In this document: piece by piece, positions 19,980 to 32,386 of the stretch
Numbering within the stretch: position 1 is the stretch's first letter
How the letters are laid out: every line of letters starts with the position of its first letter
Source of the DNA: Methylovulum sp.
Lineage (GTDB): Bacteria > Pseudomonadota > Gammaproteobacteria > Methylococcales > Methylomonadaceae
Reading direction: 5' to 3'
Length of the DNA: 32,386 bases
Assembly (NCBI GenBank): GCA_016919605.1
Contig: JACXTQ010000202.1
Coordinates: 1 to 32,386, forward strand
Translations under genes and position numbers: made by a program
Notes under the pieces: generated by a model
Database searches by the model: none
The model's input: only the letters and a program-made list of their open reading frames with translations
What the model was told of the DNA's origin: nothing

Positions 19980-20609
19980 ATGCTGACGATTGCCGTATCC
20001 AAAGGCCGCATTTACGAAGAAGCTCTGCCATTTTTGGCAGAGGCTGGCATTATTCCGACCGATGACCCTTCAACCTGCCGGAAGCTGATCTTACAAACCA
20101 CCCGCCCCGATGTGCAACTGGTCATTATCCGCGCTACTGACGTGCCGACTTTTGTCGAATACGGCGCTGCGGATTTGGGCATTGCCGGTAAAGACGTGTT
20201 GCTTGAGCACGGTACGGAAGCGTTATACGAACCGCTGGATCTGAATATTGCCCGTTGCCGCCTAATGACCGCCGCGCATAAGGATGCACCGCCCATTATC
20301 GGACGAGTCCGGGTCGCCACCAAATATGTCAAAACCGCCCAACGCTACTTTGCCAGTTTGGGCATACAGGCGGACATCATCAAATTGTATGGTTCTATGG
20401 AACTCGCCCCGCTGGTGGGCTTGGCCGATTGCATCGTTGATTTGGTCGATACCGGCAACACCTTAAAAGCCAATGATTTGGAACCGCGTGAACTGATTAT
20501 GAACATTAGCTCCCGTTTAGTGGTCAACAAAGCCGCCATGAAAATGAAGCATGAAGTGATTGCGCAGTTGTTAGGGCAGTTTGAGATGACGTTGGCGAAA
20601 AGGGCGTAA
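19980..20609 (+). CDS. hisG: ATP phosphoribosyltransferase, short form (HisZ-dependent)
   Basis: [28 protein letters not shown]; 209 aa with no C-terminal regulatory domain. Confidence 0.97.
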   Translation: MLTIAVSKGRIYEEALPFLAEAGIIPTDDPSTCRKLILQTTRPDVQLVIIRATDVPTFVEYGAADLGIAGKDVLLEHGTEALYEPLDLNIARCRLMTAAHKDAPPIIGRVRVATKYVKTAQRYFASLGIQADIIKLYGSMELAPLVGLADCIVDLVDTGNTLKANDLEPRELIMNISSRLVVNKAAMKMKHEVIAQLLGQFEMTLAKRA

Positions 20610-20736
20610 ATTTGTGGGGGCGGGTGCGGATTGCTTGCCTAAAGGCTGGCTTTGGTGCGCTCTCGGTATCTTATCCGATAGGGCAAATCCGGTAAAATTA
20701 GGCGATTTACAGTGACAATTTAATCTTGATACCATC

Positions 20737-22095
20737 ATGGAAAAACTAGCCATCACTAATTTCCTGTCCATTGAGCAAGCGGAAATAGACATTAAACCGA
20801 TCAATATTTTTATCGGCCCGCAAGCACAAGGGAAAAGCGTCATTGCCAAACTGATTTATTTTTTTAAGGAATATCCGCAATCTCTTGTAGAAGCCGTTTA
20901 TCGCGGTATGACCACAAAAGAAGGCTGCGATAAATTAGCTTTAGCGAAATTTGAAAAAATTTTTCCAAAATATACTTGGGAAAAACATCAATTTACCGTC
21001 ACTTATTCAAATAAATATTATTCAGTTTCACTTTCTAATCAGCTTATTAATGATCAATTGGTTTTTGATTTGGCCAGCGATTTCATTATTCGGGACGTTT
21101 TTACCAGCTTAAAAGAAGCCAAAAGCCTCGACCCTTATTTATACGGTTTTGACAATAAAGATCCACTTGCAACCCCACGTTTTTTTTCAGGTAAAAATCA
21201 ACAGATATTCTCATTATTGAGTGAAAATTTCTCTTTTTTAGAAGGCGTATTAATTGATCAGCTGTTTCGTGAAAATCAGAAGCCTTATTTAGAGAGAGTT
21301 TTTTATATTCCAGCAGGCCGTTCATTTTTTGCAAATCTAAGCAGTAATATCTTTTCTTTTATCAGCTTAGAGATAAAAATAGATCATTTATTGGCATTGT
21401 TTGGCAAAACTTATGAAAAAACTAAAGCAAACAGGAAAAAAGGCCATGGTTCTGCCGAGAAAGAACAGCAACTGCGAATAAACCACATCATCAAGCAAAT
21501 TATTTATGGTGATTTTGAGTTTGACGAGAGCGGTGATTGGATTGTCAATAACAAAGGCAAAGTTGATATTGCTGATGCGTCATCGGGGCAACAAGAAGCC
21601 TTGCCAATGGCAGTGGTTTTATCAACCGAACCCTATATCAGCCATAGCCATATTGCCCATCATTTTGTCATTGAGGAACCGGAAGCCCATCTCTTTCCAA
21701 TAGCGCAAAATCAAATTGTTTTGCTAATTGCCAATGCTTACAATTACTTAAAAAAGTATAAAAAAATTGAAAACTTCAAAATCAATGGTTTTAATTCTTT
21801 TACTATAGCAACCCATAGCCCCTATATATTGGCTGCGCTTAACAATCTCATCCAAGCGGGCAATGTTGCCGCATCAAAGTATTACGAAAATTTAGCGGAG
21901 CTTAATAAGGTTGTACCTGAATCAGAATGGGTCGATTTTAACGATGTTTCGGCTTATTTGGTCGATCAGGGAACGGTGAAATCGATTCTTAATCAAGACT
22001 TAAAACTGATTGATGCTAATATGATCGATGAAGTTTCCAACCATTTCGCGGATACTTTTGAAAAATTGATTGGTATGGAAGAAGTGGATGAATAA
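20737..22095 (+). CDS. ABC-type ATPase (AAA_15/AAA_21-like), AT-rich insert
   Basis: Walker A GPQAQGKS, YIPAGRS, signature ASSGQQE, Walker B FVIEEPEAHLFP, H-loop ATHSPY; no TM segments. Confidence 0.9.
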   Translation: MEKLAITNFLSIEQAEIDIKPINIFIGPQAQGKSVIAKLIYFFKEYPQSLVEAVYRGMTTKEGCDKLALAKFEKIFPKYTWEKHQFTVTYSNKYYSVSLSNQLINDQLVFDLASDFIIRDVFTSLKEAKSLDPYLYGFDNKDPLATPRFFSGKNQQIFSLLSENFSFLEGVLIDQLFRENQKPYLERVFYIPAGRSFFANLSSNIFSFISLEIKIDHLLALFGKTYEKTKANRKKGHGSAEKEQQLRINHIIKQIIYGDFEFDESGDWIVNNKGKVDIADASSGQQEALPMAVVLSTEPYISHSHIAHHFVIEEPEAHLFPIAQNQIVLLIANAYNYLKKYKKIENFKINGFNSFTIATHSPYILAALNNLIQAGNVAASKYYENLAELNKVVPESEWVDFNDVSAYLVDQGTVKSILNQDLKLIDANMIDEVSNHFADTFEKLIGMEEVDE

Positions 22096-22552
22096 TCCTT
22101 GTATATCCGTTGTTAAAGACAAGAATATCGTTTTTTCTGACGAGAAATCTAAATCTGAATTAAAAATCACCAACGAAAACTTGCGCGAAATTGAAAGGCA
22201 TAAGGTTGATGGTTGTTTGATTAAGGGTGAGGAATCTAAAAAGTGTGATTGGTTGGCGATTATTGTTATTCCGTTAGCTTCTGAAAAGACATTGAAAAAA
22301 GAGGTTTTTATTGAGTTAAAAGGTAAAAACGTCCCTCATGCTATTGAACAGCTTTGCGTTTCTGTAGAAAAATTATCAGCCGATAAAAAATCTAAAAAGT
22401 TAGGCTATATCATTTGTACGCGTTCACCGTTAAGCAGCACAGAAATTCAAACACAGGCCAAAAAGGTTTTGCGTAGCCATAATTTAATGCTCCGTGTAAA
22501 GTCTAATCATACTGAAACCGTAGAAAAGTTAATCGCTTCTCTAGCAGATTAA
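22088..22552 (+). CDS. Small basic protein with PD-(D/E)xK-nuclease-like motif
   Basis: ATG overlaps the ATPase stop (ATGAATAA). Motif KVDGCL...KCDW...VFIELKG....AIEQL fits D...ExK followed by a helix with Q. Confidence 0.65.
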   Translation: MNNPCISVVKDKNIVFSDEKSKSELKITNENLREIERHKVDGCLIKGEESKKCDWLAIIVIPLASEKTLKKEVFIELKGKNVPHAIEQLCVSVEKLSADKKSKKLGYIICTRSPLSSTEIQTQAKKVLRSHNLMLRVKSNHTETVEKLIASLAD

Positions 22553-22600
22553 CCCTAAGCAACCATTGCCATTAATTAAATACCGCTAATCCTTTTTATT

Positions 22601-23905
22601 ATGCCCAACCCCATGATTAAAAAACTTAACGCAGCTGACACCGACTTTCTAAAGCAATTGCAAGAACTATTGGCTTGGGACGAATCCGATGATCTGGACA
22701 TCCAGCAGCGGGTGTTGGCTATTCTGGCCGATGTCCGTGCAACTGGTGATGCGGCTGTGCTTAACTACACTAACCGCTTCGACCACCGCACGGTTACGGA
22801 TGCAAGCGAATTGGAATTGCCGAAAGCGGTACTGAAAGCAGCGTGGGAAAATTTGCCCACCGAACAAGCCCATGCCCTGCAAACGGCTGCCGAGCGTATC
22901 CGGGCTTATAGCGAACATCAAAAACTGGCCTCGTGGCAGTATGAAGAAGCCGATGGTACAGTGCTGGGGCAAAAAATAACCCCGCTGGACAGGGTAGGGC
23001 TGTATGTGCCGGGGGGTAAAGCCGCGTATCCATCATCGGTATTGATGAACGCCATCCCCGCCAAAGTCGCGGGTGTCGGTGAGCTGATTATGGTGGTGCC
23101 AACCCCGAACGGGGAAACCAATGAGTTGGTGTTGGCCGCCGCCTATATCGCGGGCGTAGACCGTGCTTTTTCTATCGGTGGGGCGCAAGCGGTCGCGGCC
23201 TTGGCTTACGGTACGGACACCATCCCTGCCGTTGCCAAAATTGTCGGCCCTGGCAATATCTACGTTGCCACCGCCAAAAAACTGGTGTTCGGTCATGTCG
23301 GTATTGATATGATCGCCGGCCCTTCGGAAATTCTGGTGATTTGTGACGGTAAAACCAACCCCGATTGGATTGCGATGGATATGTTTTCGCAAGCCGAACA
23401 TGACGAAAATGCCCAAGCGATACTGATTAGTGATGATGGCGACTTTCTTGCCGCCGTCGAGCAAAGCATCCATAAGCTGCTGCCCGATATGGAACGTGCC
23501 GACATCATCCGCGCCTCCTTAAGTACACGCGGGGCGTTGATTAAAGTTGATAGTTTGGATAGAGCGGCTGAAGTCGCCAATAGTATCGCACCGGAACATT
23601 TGGAACTGTCGGTCGCCGACCCTGATGCTTTATGTGCAAAAATACGCCATGCCGGGGCGATCTTTATGGGTCGCTATACCGCCGAAGCTCTAGGCGATTA
23701 TTGCGCCGGCCCCAACCACGTCTTGCCTACATCCAGCACTGCGCGTTTTTCTTCGCCGTTGGGGGTTTATGATTTCCAAAAACGCACCAGCCTGATTAAC
23801 TGCTCGGCAACAGGTGCAGATACTTTGGGTAAGATCGCTTCGGTATTGGCACGCGGCGAAAGCTTGACCGCCCACGCCCGTTCGGCGGAATATCGGATTA
23901 AGTAG
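22601..23905 (+). CDS. hisD: Histidinol dehydrogenase
   Basis: [51 protein letters not shown]. Alternative start at 22613. Confidence 0.98.
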   Translation: MPNPMIKKLNAADTDFLKQLQELLAWDESDDLDIQQRVLAILADVRATGDAAVLNYTNRFDHRTVTDASELELPKAVLKAAWENLPTEQAHALQTAAERIRAYSEHQKLASWQYEEADGTVLGQKITPLDRVGLYVPGGKAAYPSSVLMNAIPAKVAGVGELIMVVPTPNGETNELVLAAAYIAGVDRAFSIGGAQAVAALAYGTDTIPAVAKIVGPGNIYVATAKKLVFGHVGIDMIAGPSEILVICDGKTNPDWIAMDMFSQAEHDENAQAILISDDGDFLAAVEQSIHKLLPDMERADIIRASLSTRGALIKVDSLDRAAEVANSIAPEHLELSVADPDALCAKIRHAGAIFMGRYTAEALGDYCAGPNHVLPTSSTARFSSPLGVYDFQKRTSLINCSATGADTLGKIASVLARGESLTAHARSAEYRIK

Positions 23906-24005
23906 GGTGATGGGTTTATCTTAAGTGCATGGGCCATCTTAAAGGGTTAAAGGTGTACGCGTGATGGTAGCTGTGGATACTTTGATGTTCACAAATAGTT
24001 CCTTC

Positions 24006-24980
24006 CTACGGATTCTTTGCAATCACAATCGCTCGTTTCGGTGCGGGCAACCCTTCCGCCGTCAACTGTGGGTTTTCAGGGTCGAGATAATCTTGTAACG
24101 AGTTAAAGCGCATCCAAGCGGTGCTGCGTTGTTCGGCGACGCTAGTGACCGTGATATCAACGACACGGACATCAACAAACCCGCAACGTTGCAGCCAGCT
24201 AACCAAGGTGGCGCAGCTGGGTAGAAACCAGACGTTGCGCATTTTCGCATAACGACTCGGAGGCAGCAGTGCCTCACCTAAACCGCCATCAATCACCAGC
24301 GTTTCCAAAATCAGTTCGCCGCCGGGGCGTAAGCAGCCTTTTAGCTCCAGTAAATGGTCGATGGGTGAGCGGCGGTGATAAAGTACGCCCATAGAGAAAA
24401 CGCTGTCGAACAATTGTAGGTTGGCAGGCAAATCTTCCATGCCCAGCGGCAACACATATACGGGCGCAGTGCCATGCAGTTTTTTGATAACTTGGAACTG
24501 CATCACGTTCAACAACATCGGATCAATGCCGACTACAGTTTTCGCCCCCGCTCCCAGCATTCGCCAACAATGGTAGCCATTGCCACAGCCGACATCCAGC
24601 ACTCGGCGGTAGGTGAGGGGGCTGATATGGTCTTGTAGGCGTTGCCATTTCCAATCCGAGCGCCATTCGGTGTCGATAAAAATGTCGAACAGTTGGTAAG
24701 GGCCTTTGCGCCAAGGATGCAGGGCTTGCAGATTTTGTTTTAGCGATAGTCGTTGAGCGGCAGTCAGGTCCTCGGCACAGCCTATTTCAATCACATCGGC
24801 ATTGATGCAGGTGTGGCTGTGCGGAAAATCAGGGATGGCATCAATGGCCGCTTGCCATTTGACCAAATCGCCGTGGTTGTTAGGGTCGAAAGCCTTTGCC
24901 AGTTGGCTTTGTAGGCTGGCGACCCAGGTATCGGCATCGGCGGTTAATAAGTCTTGTAATAAGGGCTGGTAGTCGATCAT
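24006..24980 (-). CDS. cmoB: tRNA U34 carboxymethyltransferase
   Basis: PWRKGPY, IDTEWRSDWKW, LDVGCGNGYH, SMGVLYHRRSP, RYAKMRNVWF. A start at 24980 (MIDYQ) gives 324 aa. Confidence 0.97.
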   Translation of the reverse strand: MIDYQPLLQDLLTADADTWVASLQSQLAKAFDPNNHGDLVKWQAAIDAIPDFPHSHTCINADVIEIGCAEDLTAAQRLSLKQNLQALHPWRKGPYQLFDIFIDTEWRSDWKWQRLQDHISPLTYRRVLDVGCGNGYHCWRMLGAGAKTVVGIDPMLLNVMQFQVIKKLHGTAPVYVLPLGMEDLPANLQLFDSVFSMGVLYHRRSPIDHLLELKGCLRPGGELILETLVIDGGLGEALLPPSRYAKMRNVWFLPSCATLVSWLQRCGFVDVRVVDITVTSVAEQRSTAWMRFNSLQDYLDPENPQLTAEGLPAPKRAIVIAKNP

Positions 24981-25142
24981 GACCGATAAAGTTGATGGGG
25001 GTGGTGTCTGTGTGTTTAGGGCTTTGCAGCCTTGGGTCGTGAGGGTAAATTTTACTGCTCGCCAGTGTGATGCCCCAAAATAAGGCCTTTTCACTTATGA
25101 AAAGTGTTGGGCGGGTTGCACCCATTGATGGGATTGAATGGG

Positions 25143-25170
25143 TGCTTGCCTTAAAGGCTTAAGGCAAGCA
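25143..25170. repeat. Perfect 12-bp inverted repeat just downstream of the Rpn gene
   Basis: TGCTTGCCTTAA-AGGC-TTAAGGCAAGCA; no U-tract. Confidence 0.7.
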
Positions 25171-25178
25171 AATCCGCG

Positions 25179-25370
25179 TTAGTGGCTATCAGTAAGCTTC
25201 AGTAGTTCGCTGGCATCTAGCCCTGTGATTTCCAATATCTCGGTGGCAGAAAAATTTTTATTGATTAATTGCCGGGCGACCATAAGAGCTTTTTTTTGTT
25301 CACCAACGGTTATGCCTTGCTCCTGACCCATAATAAAGCTGGGTAGTTTTTCTATTTCTACTTGCAGCAT
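25179..25370 (-). CDS. Putative internal in-frame small protein (RpnS-like antitoxin, 63 aa)
   Basis: CAGGAG-TTTGCA-ATG inside the Rpn CDS, in frame, just before the C-terminal helical tail. Confidence 0.6.
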   Translation of the reverse strand: MLQVEIEKLPSFIMGQEQGITVGEQKKALMVARQLINKNFSATEILEITGLDASELLKLTDSH

Positions 25371-25979
25371 TGCAAACTCCTGCTGTATGTCTATATTGAT
25401 GTTCCGGTTACTGGCCAATATTTCCAACATGCTAAGGTATTCTCTCAAGCGTTTGTTGTCATCTTGGGTCATTGCGATTAGTTTGGCGATAATGTCATGG
25501 ACGACAGTTTTGGCATCGGTATCCTTCAGGTCGCACAGCAAGGCCATGACGATGGCATCGGGGCTATCTTGGTTGATAAAGAACCGATAGTCCAAGTCGT
25601 GCATGTCAATGGCCGTATAGCGGTAGTGCAGTTGCGGCGTTTGTATGTGGTCTGGCATTGTCAAGGCTGGCTTGCCAATGTATAGCAGATACTGGAACAC
25701 CTCCTCTTTTGGGTGGCACAACCTGATGTCGGTCAAATAGCGCAACATCCTGTCCGGCATGTCCTGTTGGTTTTGATTTTGGATTTCAATATGCAGGATG
25801 GACACTTTACCGGTATTATCGCTAACCCGTGCGAGCAAATCCGCCCGTCTGTCTTCTATCCGTTGCTGCTCGGTCTCTATTAGTTCGACCGTTGCCAATT
25901 GCAAATTAAAAATATACGTCGCCACATCGACGAGGATGCGTTTAAAAACCTGCTTGGAGATAATGTCTTTTTGTCCCAT
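25179..25979 (-). CDS. Rpn/YhgA-like PD-(D/E)xK nuclease (recombination-promoting nuclease / putative transposase family)
   Basis: D...K, RRADLL, ILHIEIQ, M..RML.Y, C-terminal GQEQG...GE...VAR.L......EI.EITGL tail. Confidence 0.88.
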   Translation of the reverse strand: MGQKDIISKQVFKRILVDVATYIFNLQLATVELIETEQQRIEDRRADLLARVSDNTGKVSILHIEIQNQNQQDMPDRMLRYLTDIRLCHPKEEVFQYLLYIGKPALTMPDHIQTPQLHYRYTAIDMHDLDYRFFINQDSPDAIVMALLCDLKDTDAKTVVHDIIAKLIAMTQDDNKRLREYLSMLEILASNRNINIDIQQEFAMLQVEIEKLPSFIMGQEQGITVGEQKKALMVARQLINKNFSATEILEITGLDASELLKLTDSH

Positions 25980-26131
25980 ACCGATGGTATTCCGTTTAAG
26001 GTTTTACCGCCAAGCAGTTTTGTTCCATTCGAAGATAGGGCTATTGATGTCCGAATGGGTGTTGCGAGCCAGTAAGCCGTGCCTACAGCTTAAGTAACCA
26101 GATGGCGTTAGCGGTATCTTAAAATGGCGTA

Positions 26132-26776
26132 TCAAGATTTGTTTTGAGGTTTTGCCGCTAAGGCTTCGATGTTACGTTTTGCCAAGCTGTCGATGACGGC
26201 GTTTAACGAGCCTTTGGTTTGTATCTCGCTGTTAAACGTAGATCGGTAGTTGGTGACTAAGCTCACGCCTTCTATCATAATGTCGTAGGCTTTCCATTCT
26301 CCTTCGTGCAGAGCCATGCGATAATCAATGGCTATCGGCTGGATGCCAGGTTGCAACACTTCGGTCTTCACCACCACTTTCGTGGCACCCGGTTCCATTT
26401 CCATCGGTAAAAAACGTACTGACCATTCTTTAAAATCGATAAATGCACGGGAGTAAGTACGTATCAATAAAGTCTGGAACTCTTGTTTAAAACGGTTGCG
26501 TTCTTCAACAGTGGCGGTTTTCCACAATTTACCCAATACTAAGGCGGCGATGTGGTCAAAGTCGACATGTGGATAGATGACTTGGTTAACAAACTCGTTG
26601 ATCTTGGCAAAATCTTTGGTGAAATTTTTGTCCTGCATTTGCGATTGCAATTGCGCCGAAGCTGATTCAATAGCCTGTTGTGGCGGTTGTAAATCGGCGG
26701 CGAACACCGGGGTCAGGGGGGCGGCAGTCAATAGTAATGCTAATAATGCAGATAAGATAGGGTGTCTTGCCTTCAT
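26132..26776 (-). CDS. mlaC: Periplasmic phospholipid-binding protein (Ttg2D/MlaC)
   Basis: Signal peptide, DF...A.LVLG..W, F...L.RTY, WKAYDI.IEGVSLV.NYRS.F. Confidence 0.94.
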   Translation of the reverse strand: MKARHPILSALLALLLTAAPLTPVFAADLQPPQQAIESASAQLQSQMQDKNFTKDFAKINEFVNQVIYPHVDFDHIAALVLGKLWKTATVEERNRFKQEFQTLLIRTYSRAFIDFKEWSVRFLPMEMEPGATKVVVKTEVLQPGIQPIAIDYRMALHEGEWKAYDIMIEGVSLVTNYRSTFNSEIQTKGSLNAVIDSLAKRNIEALAAKPQNKS

Positions 26777-26967
26777 AAAATCCTCTAAAATGCGGCGGTT
26801 AAAATATACGACTTTGGAAAATGAATTTAGTTTCTTAAAAAAGCCCGTTTATATTGAAAATTCCTAGGGTGATGAAGCGGCTGTGGTCTTTGTAGCACCT
26901 AACCGTGCATCGGCGAAAACACCGAGCTTTTGTTAGCCAAATGTTACGGCAATAAAATTCATCATAA

Positions 26968-28855
<1,888 letters not shown>

Positions 28856-28859
<4 letters not shown>

Positions 28860-29350
28860 GCCGTGAACTGTGGCTATTACGGCACAGCCAAGCTGAACAC
28901 AATGATGGCGTAGCGGACTATGATCGCCGCCTAACCGCCAAGGGTGAGCAAAAAGCCTTGCGTATCGGGCAATGGTTGCAACATGCGCACTTAAGCCCTG
29001 ATATAGTGCTTAGCTCACCGGCCGCTCGCGCTTACCATACCGCGTGTATCGTCGCTGACACCTTGGCGTGGGACAAATCGCGTGTGCAGCAAGAGGCTCG
29101 TTTGTATTTTCAAGGATTTATGGAGATTAAGGCTATCTTGGCAGAACTTCCGGCCAGTTTTAAAAAAGTGCTGGTAGTGGGGCATAACCCTGATTTTGAA
29201 GCGCTGTTGGTAAATTTGGTAGGGGGGGATAAGTTGGCTTATGACGATGAGCTGATGCCTACGGCGACTTTGGTCAGGTTACAGTTGCCGGATGATTGGC
29301 AGGCTTTGGCCGCAGGATGCGGGGTTGTTTTGGAAAGGATCGTGGCTTAA
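28856..29350 (+). CDS. sixA: SixA-like histidine phosphatase
   Basis: LLRHSQA, D.DR.LT..G, SSPA.RA..T, VVGHNP. Confidence 0.85.
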
Positions 29351-29375
29351 CTGGCTAGATTATGCGTTGATAACA

Positions 29376-29403
29376 GCCATAAGGGTCATGCAACCCCTAT
29401 GGC
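29376..29403. terminator. Hairpin between convergent sixA and smbP
   Basis: GCCATAAGGG-TCATGCAA-CCCCTATGGC, a near-perfect stem. Confidence 0.5.
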
Positions 29404-29416
29404 CGCAGTGTCTCGC

Positions 29417-29755
29417 TTATTTGCCGGCGCTGGCTTTTATATGTTCTACAGCTTCTGTTGCCGATTGGGTGGCAGATTCGGTTTGGTCTAGGCCACCTCG
29501 GTCAATAGCATCTTGCAGCGACTTTGCCGCCGCGTCCAGATGATTTTTTGACTTACCTTTAGCGACTAAGGAGCCTGCTAAAGCGTGCTCTAAAGCTAAC
29601 TTTGCGTGTTCGACCAAAACCGGTGGATGACCTGCTTTGCCGTGTTCTACAGCGGCTTTGGCGTGGCTCAACGCTTCGGTGGCATGATCTTCAGCGAAAA
29701 CAGCAGTGCTTAACATCAAAAATAAGCCTGCACAGACAGATGCTATTTTTTTCAT
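29417..29755 (-). CDS. smbP: Small metal-binding protein SmbP family
   Basis: Signal peptide, then heptad His pattern H..EAL.HA..AV.HGKAGH...LVEHA..AL.HA ... EAVEHIK, as in Nitrosomonas SmbP. Confidence 0.88.
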   Translation of the reverse strand: MKKIASVCAGLFLMLSTAVFAEDHATEALSHAKAAVEHGKAGHPPVLVEHAKLALEHALAGSLVAKGKSKNHLDAAAKSLQDAIDRGGLDQTESATQSATEAVEHIKASAGK

Positions 29756-30064
29756 TATTCTTTCCTCGATATTTTCGGTTGATACGACTTATTAGTTATT
29801 ATGTTTGCCGATGTCACTATTAGCGAATCGACATTATTATTTTAAATATCAATGCGTTTATTTTCAAGTGGGCTGATAATTGGCTTGCGACTTAAATTTG
29901 CTGCTAATCAAAATGTACAATCATATCCGTTTATGGCGTTTTTACGAGCCTATCCGCTAATGTCGTAGCACAAAGATAAGACTGGATGACTGATTTTAAG
30001 GACGGCCCTAGGTCTTGGCTTGCAATCTGTTATGTTTTCCTTTAACTTAGATCGACATCGGTAA

Positions 30065-32067
<2,003 letters not shown>

Positions 32068-32243
32068 GCCATCGCCTGCTCCCCAGTTTAAATAGATAGT
32101 CTCTATCCGGCTAAATTGGAGGGCAATACCATCCGCATCGATTGCCCTCGAAAATGCCGTAAACCGAGTGCCCTGTCATTTCTGTGATTAGCTAACCTAC
32201 TAATAAATAAGATTTAGACTAAGTTGTTGCTTGGCTTAAGGTG

Positions 32244-32308
32244 AAAAATAAAAAAATAACCTGAAAAGGTGTTGACGTATAAGTTAAGGAATGTATAATA
32301 GTCGGCTC
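32244..32308 (+). promoter_or_regulatory. Strong sigma-70 promoter with UP element, probably for an rRNA (or tRNA) operon
   Basis: A-tract UP region, TTGACG (32272-32277), 16-bp spacer, TATAAT (32294-32299), then a hairpin-rich leader with no evident start codon before the window edge. Confidence 0.75.
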
Positions 32309-32386
32309 TTCACGGGAAACGTGGAGAAGCCCTTCGGGGCTTTCGCGGGGCCGATGTTTGGCCTTGGGCCCCTTCCTGAAGTCGCT

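Noticed and set aside
20737-22095. The inserted ATPase as the missing MlaF
   Set aside because: At 452 aa with a large insert and AAA_15-type motifs it is unlike transporter ATPases such as MlaF, and it is AT-rich and coupled to a nuclease-like gene.
24981-25094. N-terminal extension of cmoB
   Set aside because: A start at 24980 gives the normal CmoB length; the extension has no supporting features.
25179-25979. Rpn gene as an IS element
   Set aside because: No terminal inverted repeats or target duplication were seen; the family is PD-(D/E)xK rather than DDE or HUH.
32119-32149. GAGGGCAAT/ATTGCCCTC hairpin as the thiC terminator
   Set aside because: The 9-bp stem has a 13-nt loop and no U-tract, so it cannot be supported as an intrinsic terminator.

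Overview
Chromosomal window from a gammaproteobacterium. The gene set and REP-like elements suggest a Methylococcales-type organism, but this is inference only. The backbone is housekeeping: yebC-family regulator, ilvD, SH3 protein, argF, argD, grxD, ispB, mlaE-mlaD-mlaB-murA-hisG-hisD, cmoB, mlaC, hemB-aroE-sixA, smbP, a TPP riboswitch with thiC, and a probable rRNA-operon promoter at the right edge. Four accessory blocks interrupt it. (1) An ECF sigma factor (5' end only), a TorF-like porin and a secreted TIGR03118 protein, each preceded by the same TTGAACCTTT-N13-G(G/A)AT promoter-like motif. (2) A yebC-ilvD island with a 7-repeat FG-GAP protein, a small possible immunity protein, two tandem AidA/PixA inclusion-body genes and a PARIS-like ABC-ATPase + TOPRIM pair with slippage-prone repeats. 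(3) An AT-rich ABC-ATPase + small PD-(D/E)xK-like gene pair inserted between hisG and hisD, the best candidate for an undescribed defence system. (4) An Rpn/YhgA-like nuclease with an internal RBS and in-frame ATG that would yield a small C-terminal antitoxin. No tRNA, rRNA, CRISPR array or integrase was seen.
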